64,000 nt of DNA, from positions 489,239 to 553,238 of the forward strand of contig NMRA01000015.1 in the NCBI GenBank assembly GCA_002633005.1. The letters run 5' to 3'. This document shows, in pieces, positions 12,601 through 21,568 of the stretch. Both the position numbers and the translations under genes were made by a program. The first letter of the stretch is position 1; each line of letters starts with the position of its first letter. A model generated the notes under the pieces. That model had not been told where the DNA came from. It did no database searches and saw only the letters and a list, made by a program, of their open reading frames with translations. Source of the stretch: Phoronis australis. Lineage: Eukaryota; Animalia; Phoronida.

Positions 12601-15086
12601 TCATGAGTGAGATTATCTGTTTTTAACATGTTGTCATGAGGCAGTGATCAACATTTCAAGACCTATTATTTGACTGTAGAAGTCATTCAAATGTTTCAGA
12701 TTTCAGTGAACCGCTACAGATACCAGGTGGCAGTAGTGGTGGTGGTACCAATACCTTCGTACCCAGAGAGGATGGGTTAGCTATGATTATGTCCATGGGG
12801 TTCACACAGCCTCAGGCCACCAAGGCACTCAAGGCCACGGTAAGAGAAGCATTGTCACGCCCCTGTCACAGTAGCTATTTATCGGCAGTGTGTGTTTTTT
12901 ATATTTCTTTTTCTTAACAGATAGTAAGTAGAAATTTTATCTGAAGGTGTCACATCAAAGCAGACTGGATTTGGTTGCTGGATAATAAGACTGATTAAAC
13001 GCACGACTGTGTAATAAGACTGGTTGAACACATGTTGGTGTTGTAAGACTGGTTAAACACGCGACTATGTAGTAGGACTGGTTAAACACACGATAGTGTA
13101 GTAAGACTGGTTAAATACACAATGGTGTACTAAGACTAGTTGAACACACAACTGTGTATTTAGAGTAGTTAAACACACGACTGCAGTAAGACTGGTTAAT
13201 CACACGATTGCGTAATAAGAGTGGTTAAACACACATCTGTGTTGTCTTTTGGCTAATTTGATGCTGGCTCATTCATATCCATAGTATTCGCGTCTATCCT
13301 CAGGAGTATTTGTGTAGCGCAAATTTGACGGCAGGCCTTTGTCGTGGGTACATTCATAACAAGGTACAAAAAGATGGCTATATTTCAAGACTGGTCACGT
13401 CTGGTCTGGGTCATCTTCATGCAAAAGTAAAATGAAGGTAGACGAACATTTGCAAATTTAAAGAAGGTTGCATCAAAACTAGTGAAGGGACATCACTGTC
13501 GTGTGTTTTAACTCATTTTGTGTGCACAAATGAAGAGCAGTTACCAAATTATTCTGGAAATAGACATTCAAAATTATGGCACAACCTTTTAGGACAACAA
13601 CGTGGAGAGAGCGGCTGATTGGATCTTCAATCACATGGATGAGTTGGATGCACCAGATGAACCTCAACAGAGTGCGCCGGTGTCTCGGTTCAGGGATGGG
13701 TCAGGAAGTATGTTTAGACTCAGTTATGTAGATGCCAGAATCTCACAAAAGATGCTATTGCGGTTATGTGCTTCGTTTGTAGTACACAGTGATATCCTTC
13801 GAAGTTTTGCTTGATCTTGTGTTTGTAGTAGGTGGCGATATCTCTGGAGGTCTTCCATAATCATGTGTTTGTAGTAGGCCTAAGTGGTGATATCTCTCGA
13901 AGTTTTGCTTGATCTTGTGTTTGTAGTAGGTGGCGATATCTCTGGAGGTCTTCCTTAATTTTGTGTTTGTAGTAAGTGGTGATATCTCTCGAAGTTTTGC
14001 TTGATCTTGTGTTTGTAGTAGGTGGCGATATCTCTGGAGGTCTTCCTTAATCTTGTGTTTGTAGTAAGTGGTGATATCTCGTGAAGTTTTGCTTGATCTT
14101 GTGTTTGTAGTAGGTGGCGATATCTCTGGAGGTCTTCCATATTCTTGTGTTTGTAGTAATTGGTGATATCTCTCGAAGTTTTGCTTGATCTTGTGTTTGT
14201 AGTAGGTGGCGATATCTCTGGAGGTCTTCCTTAATCTTGTGTTTGTAGTAGGTGGTGATATCTCGCGAAGTCTTGCTCGATCTTGTGATTTAGCGAGGCT
14301 TTCAGTATTTTGATCCATGAACACTGAATACTGTTCTAAAATCTCCCCACTTTGTCTTACCATGGAACCAAGTGACACTTTCTCTTGTACTTTTGTGTAA
14401 AAGATAAATATCTTGTACTGAATATTTAAGACTGCTGTAAATCTACCTTCTGTTAAAAACAATAGTGATCTCAGTTTACTCCATCCTTGTAGCTTCAGTT
14501 GACTCTAGTGTGACCTCATTTCGTTCCATCCTTATAGCTTCAGTTGACACTAGAGTGGCCTCAGATTGTTCAATCCTGGTAGCTTCAGTTGACCCTAGTG
14601 TGACCTCAGTTGACATTAGTGTGACCTCAGTTGACCCTAATGTGACCTCAGTTGACCCTAGTTTGACCTCCGACATTCTCTTACAGATGGAGGCTCCACA
14701 AATTTTCAAAAAAAATGAACAAAGTTTGTCACAATTCAAGAGTTTCATTGAACTTTGAAAATCGTGAAGAAAATCAGTAAACGTTTATCTTAATCTTTAG
14801 ATAATAAGCATGAGATTCTGTAACTGATGGTTCAACAAGAAGATGTTATTTGATTTTTTATCTTAATCTAGTGTTGGAAGCTACTGTACTTCATGGTGTT
14901 GTTCAATTTTCAGGGTATCAACTGGTCGCCTTCATCAGTCACATGGGTACGTCGACTCTGGTCGGACATTATGTCTGTCACATCTTGAAGGAGGGACGAT
15001 GGATTATTTACAACGATGAAAAGGTAGCCTTGTCAGAGCATCCCCCTAAAGACCTAGCCTACCTGTATGTGTACCAGCGACTATGA
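405..15086 (+). CDS. USP5: Ubiquitin carboxyl-terminal hydrolase 5/13 (isopeptidase T), 5' part outside window; 15 coding exons
   Basis: Exons 405-640,1173-1267,1532-1725,3090-3161,3846-3915,4689-4811,5983-6136,6869-6926,8167-8289,8626-8714,9779-9889,11720-11863,12700-12839,13593-13707,14914-15086. All have GT-AG boundaries and consistent phase (1897 nt). Contains ZnF-UBP (WLNLTDG..CGR), Cys box ([16 protein letters not shown]), QQDAQE, two UBA domains (MGF) and His box ([15 protein letters not shown]). USP5 versus USP13 is not resolved. Confidence 0.96.
1173..1267 (+). CDS. USP5: USP5/13 exon ([25 protein letters not shown])
   Basis: gcag|...|gtagg; end of the ZnF-UBP domain. Confidence 0.95.
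1532..1725 (+). CDS. USP5: USP5/13 exon with catalytic Cys box
   Basis: [10 protein letters not shown]...[21 protein letters not shown]; tttcag| and |gtaag. Confidence 0.96.
1814..2045. repeat. 17-bp minisatellite ~x13
   Basis: gtcatcagtct(t/g)ca(c/t)ga. Confidence 0.93.
2262..2763. repeat. 24-bp minisatellite ~x21
   Basis: gtagctgtcctgtgtactgtgtca. Confidence 0.97.
3090..3161 (+). CDS. USP5: USP5/13 exon ([23 protein letters not shown])
   Basis: atag|...|gtaag, phase 2/2. Confidence 0.9.
3846..3915 (+). CDS. USP5: USP5/13 exon ([14 protein letters not shown])
   Basis: gcag|...|gtgag; conserved KLGxGLLSGxYS. Confidence 0.92.
4085..4338. mobile_element. Degenerate hAT-like MITE
   Basis: CAGGGCTTGACTCAAC ... 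GTTAGTGTTGGGTCCTG imperfect TIRs; no clear TSD. Confidence 0.4.
4689..4811 (+). CDS. USP5: USP5/13 exon ([28 protein letters not shown])
   Basis: ttcag|...|gtggg; QQD box. Confidence 0.95.
5038..5231. repeat. 40-bp minisatellite ~x5
   Basis: tgtctacactgtaatctgaatgtacaaagcctctccctgg. Confidence 0.95.
5350..5600 (-). mobile_element. Dispersed repeat fragment related to 52020-52250
   Basis: Shared colinear blocks GGAACATC, TAAAATGTTCCAC, TTTTAGAAAACTGTAACA, TATCAAATAAA in opposite orientation. Confidence 0.55.
5983..6136 (+). CDS. USP5: USP5/13 exon ([16 protein letters not shown]...[11 protein letters not shown])
   Basis: gtag|...|gtatc; fingers subdomain. Confidence 0.93.
6869..6926 (+). 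CDS. USP5: USP5/13 exon ([18 protein letters not shown])
   Basis: ttcag|...|gtaag. Confidence 0.9.
7043..7823 (+). mobile_element. Same HINE-like family, copy in a USP5 intron
   Basis: Same ends (TTTTTATGC..CCACGTATTTATATGTGG; GCATTCGTGGGCGCATTTCAACGCTCC..CTTGTT) with fewer internal units. Confidence 0.85.
8167..8289 (+). CDS. USP5: USP5/13 exon ([31 protein letters not shown])
   Basis: cccag|...|gtgag. Confidence 0.93.
8626..8714 (+). CDS. USP5: USP5/13 exon ([25 protein letters not shown])
   Basis: ttcag|...|gtaag. Confidence 0.94.
9779..9889 (+). CDS. USP5: USP5/13 exon ([29 protein letters not shown])
   Basis: ttcag|...|gtttg. Confidence 0.93.
10044..10325. repeat. 53-bp minisatellite ~x5
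   Basis: tgtcttccttcacagtggctaacatccatggagatacatgagcgtcatgtctt. Confidence 0.95.
11720..11863 (+). CDS. USP5: USP5/13 exon, UBA1
   Basis: [38 protein letters not shown]; gcag|...|gttag. Confidence 0.95.
12319..12550. repeat. 39-bp minisatellite ~x6
   Basis: caagatgatgtcactcaggcactagactgtattgtttac. Confidence 0.95.
12700..12839 (+). CDS. USP5: USP5/13 exon, UBA2 N-terminal part
   Basis: [19 protein letters not shown]; ttcag|...|gtaag. Confidence 0.94.
12985..13240. repeat. Degenerate ~29-bp minisatellite ~x9
   Basis: taagactggttaaacacacgactgtgtag. Confidence 0.85.
13593..13707 (+). CDS. USP5: USP5/13 exon, UBA2 C-terminal part
   Basis: [14 protein letters not shown]...RDGSG; ttag|...|gtatg. 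Confidence 0.94.
13775..14287. repeat. 92-bp higher-order repeat (two alternating 46-bp monomers) ~x5.5
   Basis: gatatctctcgaagttttgcttgatcttgtgtttgtagtaggtggc alternating with gatatctctggaggtcttccttaatcttgtgtttgtagtaagtggt. Confidence 0.95.
14465..14670. repeat. 21-bp-based degenerate repeat
   Basis: cctcagttgaccctagtgtga units. Confidence 0.85.
14914..15086 (+). CDS. USP5: USP5/13 last coding exon, His box
   Basis: [45 protein letters not shown]. Confidence 0.96.
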
Positions 15087-15525
15087 TCAGTGCTCAATGG
15101 TTAGTTTACTCATCAACACGTCTCAAAGTCGGGTTTCCGTGCGTGTGAAATCGCGTGCAATATCTCTTGTACCAAATTACTCTGTGTGCTTAAAGATAAT
15201 ATCTGAGCCTCTTTGTTTAACCACGAGTGGTTGATTTCAATTTGTTTTTGTGGGATATTGGTGGTTATGAGTTAGAATTGGAATCACCACCTCTTGCTTC
15301 AAGTCCAACCGACACAAAATCAGCGACACTGGTGTCAAAACTTAAGTTTTCATTTAGATCACAACTTGTTCCTTACTCTGGTAAAAGCGATTGTGAACAC
15401 GTGTTCCATCCAAGAACCACACTTTTGATTTAGCCCACTTAATGCCATAAACTTGGTCTAAACTTGTACATGACTCAGATGGCTGATAGTTCTGTATTTG
15501 CTGAGATCATGCTTGGTGCATGAAA

Positions 15526-15735
15526 TGACACACTATGACAAGCCAACTTGTAGAGCCTAGTCTCAGCTTGACACAGTATGACAAGCCAACTTGTAGAGTC
15601 TGATCTCAACTTGACACACTATGACGAGCTAACTTGCAGAGCCTGTCTAAACTTGACACACTGTGACAAGCTAACTTGTACAGCCTGATCTCAACTTGAC
15701 ACACTATGACAAGTCAACTTGTACAGCCTGATCCT
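15526..15735. repeat. 43-bp minisatellite x5 in the putative USP5 3' UTR
   Basis: tgacacactatgacaagccaacttgtagagcctgatctcaact. Confidence 0.92.
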
Positions 15736-15878
15736 AAGCAGTAACAAACTGCAACTTCTTGCAAAGCCTTGAAATCATCTCCAGTGTGACTGAGGAATAA
15801 TTTGAGGCCAATTTCTTAACTGTAATTGTTTTAAATCAATAGTTTTTGAGATGGAAGGCTTGTTGATGGCTAATTTAA

Positions 15879-16114
15879 GGTTATTTAAGACCTTAATAAA
15901 CGACCTCAACTCTTAAGTCAAATTTCGAAAAAACTATGCTTTGTCAACCATTAAAAGTATATATTTTCTGAAACGAGAAAAATCAAGGAATCTAAAAATA
16001 TGCTTTTTACTAATGTGTCTCTGTTATTGTCACGTGACCATGTTGATTGACAAACCAAAATTTTTTTGATATTTGACTAAAGAGTTGATGCATTTATTAA
16101 AGTCGCAGATAACC
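15879..16114. mobile_element. MITE with TTAA flanks and ~45-bp imperfect TIRs (Kolobok-like)
   Basis: ttaa-GGTTATTTAAGACCTTAATAAACGACCTCAACTCTTAAGTCAAAT ... ATTTGACTAAAGAGTTGATGCATTTATTAAAGTCGCAGATAACC-ttaa. Confidence 0.75.
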
Positions 16115-16820
16115 TTAAAAGGGATTGGGAAGAATTGACACTTTGAATTTGTGAAAGACTCTGAGCCCTGATAAGTTGTCATTGGATGTGCTGAAAGCAA
16201 TATGACTGTTAGTCTAGCTCCCTGAGTGACTAGATGGCACTCTTAGTTGATGGATAGCCAGTTCTCTGGAAAACTGTGTTGTCGATTGGTGGTTTGCCCA
16301 TTAGGACTTGTAAACCACTCCTCCAGTCTTATTTGATCAAAGTGATAGCTTAGATTGGCATGTCACTTAGAGGTGTCCTCCCTCTGAATAACAGGCATCA
16401 AACTGGTTCTCAAAATCTGGGGCTCCTGCAAGTGATTATTGCTTTATATCTTTGATTTTTAATGGCACAAACTTATCAATATTATTGATGGAGATGGTCT
16501 TAAAGTAAGAATGGACTATGGTCGAATGTACATCGATTGAATTGTTTCATTCTTCTACAAATTTCTGTTGTCTCATTTGTAATCAGCTGCCTATGACTGT
16601 CTTATCCATAACCAGGCAAGACCTCCATTTTTTAATAATATGGCCCTTGTTTTTTGTTCCACTGTGCTGTAAATGACCGGAGAGAATGTTACTTTATTTT
16701 TATTGTTTTGCAAAAACTGCACTGGATTTCTGACTCCAGTTGATTTGTCAAACAACTCCTGCTAATAGTATCTAAATGTGACTTAGTGCTCTATCTAAAT
16801 GTCAGTTAGTACTTTAGTCA

Positions 16821-16826
16821 AATAAA
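16821..16826 (+). terminator. Candidate USP5 poly(A) signal (alternatives at 15895 and 17756)
   Basis: AATAAA followed by a GT-rich tract. Confidence 0.4.
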
Positions 16827-17640
16827 AAGTTTTCATTGTCTGCACAATTTGAAATTATCCTAGTTGGCGATACAACAATGAATGTTTTGTCACATGTGCT
16901 ACTGTTTTTTGTATCTAAAATTAAAAATCATATTAACAGAATATAACGAGCCGTCATTGGTCATTTTTTCTCCATTCATGCTCATGAATATTCATTTGCA
17001 CACCACTAACTTGGGGGCCTTGGTAGGGTTTCAAATACCAAGTATTTTTCTGAAAAAGCAAGATCTTATAAAACCGCGCAGTGAAAGACGGTATGCTTGA
17101 GAGCTTGCTAGCATATCCTATCAAGATGCCGTCTATCCTGGTTCTGTCCTCAAGCTTGTAGTCAGCTATGACAAATGTTAATTCTTTAGACTACAGAATA
17201 CATAAAACACTGTTTGTTATTTTGTATTATTCTGATCATTGTGGATTATTGTAAACAGCCTAGTTGTAGAGTAACCCAAAGACCAGTGTGTAGTCTGTAG
17301 GGCAAGGTTTAAATCAAGGCTGCAGGAACACCATGGCAGTATACAGTGAGAGTGAGGTTATAAAGGTGTGGCCATTACCAAGGGTAGTTGAGAGTAAATG
17401 ACTTCTAGTGTGAGGAGGCTGCCAATCTTGTTGGGGGGGTGAGCCTTCCTTGCTAAGTTGTTGGGCGTCATCTTTATGGCCAATGGTTAGCCAGAATAGA
17501 TTAGAAATGTCTAGTCTCTACTATGATCTTGTTTAAGTGGCCGCTGGTTTAGGGTCTGTGATAAAACTGTCCAAGGTTTCATTAATATTTGATTCTTTTT
17601 GGTGGTGTCCTAATATGGTGATAATTTGTGAGCTCCAAAA

Positions 17641-17742
17641 CACTGTTGCGCTGTCTCTGTTGTACGGTCACTGTTGTACGGTCACTGTTGCACAGTCACT
17701 GTTGTACAGACACTGTTGTACAGTCACTGTTGTACAGTCACT
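17641..17742. repeat. 14-bp minisatellite ~x7
   Basis: cactgttgtacagt. Confidence 0.85.
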
Positions 17743-17884
17743 ATAGCGTTGTCCAAATAAACCATTTACAAACAAAAATCTGTTGCTTGTATTGATTGAA
17801 CCTATCGAAAAGTCGTGTATTAGAAGGATTTTGTATATTCATTCTGACTCTTAATTATATTGTTTTCGTTCTCAACAAGGTTAA

Positions 17885-19222
17885 TTTTTTATGCGCCCAC
17901 ATATTTATATGTGGACACATTATGCCGTCATCTCCGTCTGTCCGTCCGGTGTCCGTCCGTCCGGTGTCCGTCCGTCCGGTGTCCGTCCGTCCGGTGTCCG
18001 TCCGTCCGGCATCCGTCTGGCATCTGCTGCTCTATCTCCAAAACCTTTTGACATACGTTCATGAAATTTGGCACATATGTTCCATTCATAAATGGGACAA
18101 CACGAGCGAACTTTCGGACGGATCCGACTACCGGTGTGCCCCCTAATGGCAATTTTAGTTTTTTACGCTTACCTTTGTATCTTCAAAAGTCCTTAACGGA
18201 TTTTCATGAAATTTGGTATGTAGGCACCTATTAGTGAGATGACGCTATCCTCTCGTTTTCGGATGGATTCGATGTAGTTTGCGCCACCTAGTGGCCATTG
18301 TTAGTGTTTTTGATTTTTTTGGCATCTACTAATCTATCAATCAAACTGTTTTCAGGATAATTGTGAAAATTGGCATGTATGTTTTTACTATGAAATGGAC
18401 AGCTGACAAGGATTTTCTGACGACTTCGACTACTGGGGCGCCTCCTAGTGGCATTTTTTTTATGCTCATGGCTGTGTCTCCTAAACTGTTTGCAGGATCT
18501 TTACTTAATTTAGCAAGTGTATTTATATGATGTTGACTTCAGACAAGGACGACTTTCAGACAGATCTGACTACTGCTGTGCCCCCTAGTGGCAATTTTAG
18601 TTTTTTACCTTTAACTCTGTATCTTCAAAGGTACTCAACAGATTTTCATAAACTTTAATTATAGGCATCTATTGGTGTGATGACGCTATCTTTCTGTTTT
18701 TGGATGGAGTCGAGGTATTTTGCATCACCTAGTGGCCATTTTTGCTGTTTTCAAATCCTTTCTTTTGGCGTCCACCCCTGTATCAACCAAATCATTTGAA
18801 AATTGGCATATATGTTCTCAGTGTGAAGACGACCTTTGATGATGGTGACTGACTACCGTGGCGCCTCCTAGTGGTAGTTTTGTTTTGCGCCCATAGTTGT
18901 ATCTCCTAAACCCACTGCAGGTTCTTTATTAAATTTAGTAAGTGTATTTATGTGAAGGTAACAACAGACGACTACGACTTTCAGGCGGATCCCACGGACA
19001 CTGTGTCCACTAGTGGCAATTTCGTTTTATTCTGTTTTCCTTTGTTTCTCTGAAGTTCCTTGACAGATTTTCATGAAATATGGTATGTTCCTGTTTTTGA
19101 GTGGATTGCACGTTTTTTGCGCCATCTAGTGGCCATTTTTACGATACAAATAAATAACCCTAAAAGCACACCATTTGCAATGCATTCGTGGGCGCATTTC
19201 AACGCTCCCCGTTGCTCTTGTT
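17885..19222 (+). mobile_element. DINE-1/HINE-like non-autonomous element (Helentron-associated), longest copy
   Basis: 5' TTTTTATGCGCCCACATAT..ATATGTGGACACAT hairpin, (GTCC)n microsatellite, ~145-bp internal tandem units, 3' subterminal GTGGGCGCAT inverse of the 5' end, CAACG-ctccc-CGTTG stem-loop, CTTGTT end. Confidence 0.85.
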
Positions 19223-19749
19223 TTAAACCACAAGGTTTGTAATTTGTGGGATGAAATTGTGGGAATGGATGAATGTCGTGGAATAATAGATAAAGGCCAA
19301 CGTATCAAACAATGGTACCGCGAATATTGTACCAGAGATCTGGAGAAAGTTCTCATTACCGTTTGTGGTCTGACGAAAACTTTAATTTCGCCACGAATTG
19401 GGCTAGAAAGCGGAAGCTGCGCTTCTGTCTCACATGAATGCCTAAAACGGCGTTTCTTGTTTTGAACGTGTTTTCGAAGATCCTTTTGCCATGTTGTAAA
19501 CCATGTAGCGTTGTCCCGCCAAACTCTTTCAGAGACTGCCTACAGCTTGTCCTAACCTTTTGATGGCACGAGCTGGGGACGGGTGGAAACAAAGAACTTT
19601 GACCAAAACATGGCTCGAATGTGAAGCCTCCCCACCTCCGCACCACAGGCGATACCTAAAGTGGCAAAATATCGGCCGCAATTGGTGGCGCGTCCCTACC
19701 GACCCCAGAGGAAAGTGTATCAAAATTTGCTTGTTGATTTTCTTTTACT

Positions 19750-19755
19750 TTTATT
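19750..19755 (-). terminator. Candidate tailless poly(A) signal
   Basis: AATAAA on the minus strand about 1.55 kb after the stop. Confidence 0.45.
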
Positions 19756-20324
19756 GTGCATCTGTAGTCGTGTATAACACAAAACAAGAAAAAATAAAAT
19801 ACAAAAGTAAACAACCGCTAAACTCCGGACAATAACACAATAAGTGAGTAGGTCTAAAGAATGAAGTTTCAGTTGATAATTTCTGGAATGGTTCGGTTAA
19901 CATATAAAGGCCATCCTGCTGTTGATGTGGCTAACATGAGTCTTAGCTTACAAAATAGGAATACGGATCATGCCTAATGAGTGGAACAGTTACAAAATGT
20001 ACAAAAGATACATCTAGAAATGCACCAATCGACCTGGTTTGGTCTGGATGGTGACGTGTATGAGAAAATCAATGACCCATAGCACTGCAACGTAGCATAT
20101 ATAGATAGAATAAATAGAAACTAACATAAATAATATTACAATTTACAATGTGTTACATCACTCAAATGAAAGATCACATAATTTCGAAAATTTTGTCGAA
20201 TGACTGGAATGTTTTGAATAAAATTAATGTAAATATTCATTGTAAACAATTTGTCAGCGATTGAACACATGTTAATCAAATAGATGTTGGAATGCCGTGC
20301 AGTTACCGACGAATAAAAATATAA

Positions 20325-20554
20325 AATAGCAAAACTAAAACGAGCGTCGGTACTAAAATATATTAAATTATCCCCCACGTTTCGAGCGATGCGCTCTTTG
20401 TTAAGGGTGTGCTACAGACTGCTGAGTATATGTAGATGGATCTAAAATAAAATGGCTGTCTGTAGCACATCCTTGACAAAGAGCGCATCGCTCGAAACGT
20501 GGGGATATTTTAATATATTTTTGTACCGACGCTCGTCGTTTTAGTTTTACTATT
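20325..20554. repeat. Long inverted repeat (~98-bp arms, ~32-nt loop) with hammerhead-like motifs; possible Penelope-like terminal repeat remnant
   Basis: Arms 20325-20422 and 20455-20554 are reverse complements with few mismatches. Confidence 0.8.
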
Positions 20555-20692
20555 GAACATATTCAGTAAACTTCTGAAACCTGCTACGCTGTGGGATAAT
20601 TTTGGCAGGTATGAAGCACTTTTGGGTTGAAATCAAACTTATTACAACATAAGATCACTTTTTAACAATTGTGTGCAAAGGTACACTACTTT

Positions 20693-20819
20693 GTGAGGAT
20701 GACGTCACATTCGATTTCGTCTCATTCGAATGTCTCGTGTGAGGATGATGTCACATTCGTCTCATTCGAATGTCGCGTGTGAGGATGACGTCACATTCGT
20801 CTCATTCGAATGTCTCGTG
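20693..20819. repeat. 40-bp repeat x3 in the putative tailless 3' UTR
   Basis: gtgtgaggatgacgtcacattcgtctcattcgaatgtctc. Confidence 0.9.
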
Positions 20820-21299
20820 AAGAATTTTCGCATACTAAGAATCTTCACGTATCCTTGTTCCTATATTAGTGCAGTTATGTGTATTTTTATATACATCATT
20901 GCACGTGGTCGTGACTTGTCTATAACTAAATATATTCTTGTGCTTTTAAAAATACATATTATAGTGCTGTTTAGCACTTTTTTTCGTAATACCCTTTCCA
21001 AAATGGCCGGTAAGCACCGCTTCCGGACGTTTTGGATTAAGAAATATCGCACAAAACCTATCGTGTCATTAGGTTGAGAAAATTACGTGGCTATTTTGAG
21101 ATAACAATTTCCTCCAACTGATCGCTAACGGAAATGCAATAAAAACGCTCATTCGGCATTCCTTTGTGATCCCACTTTAAACTCAAAAGGAGCGTTCTTC
21201 TTGTAAAGCTGCGCTGTCCGACGTCTCTTCCTCTTTAAGGTTAAACTTTTGCTTCTAAGAAAAAGAAGCAATTTCAACAGCACAGTCCGACAGTAGTCA

Positions 21300-21568
21300 T
21301 CAAAAGTCGTTCGACTTGTACATATCCACGAGGAGCCGTTCGATAGGAATGCTTCCGATTGTCTTTTTAAAGAAAATTTCCTCAATAGTGGCCGCACTGA
21401 TCGACCGCAGTGTTGGCAGCATGAGTAACAGTTTGCCAAAGCGGAATGGCTGTGTGGGGTAAGCGGCTTGTATGTATTTACTCAGTGTCATCTGCGCCTG
21501 ATCCTGTAACGTGGCTACAGCGTGGAAATCGCGAAGACTCTTCATGTCCGTCGGGGTGCCGTGAAACA
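21300..21568 (-). CDS. NR2E1: tailless exon 7, LBD and AF-2
   Basis: [39 protein letters not shown]. Confidence 0.95.

Noticed and set aside
13764-14758. 232-aa and 90-97-aa repetitive ORFs
   Set aside because: Translations of tandem repeats inside a USP5 intron
19750-21299. miR-9 seed site in the tailless 3' UTR, as in vertebrate TLX
   Set aside because: No ACCAAAG match found by eye
21290-21302. Stop-codon readthrough context (TGA CTA) at the tailless stop
   Set aside because: Two consecutive TGA stops, with another stop shortly after
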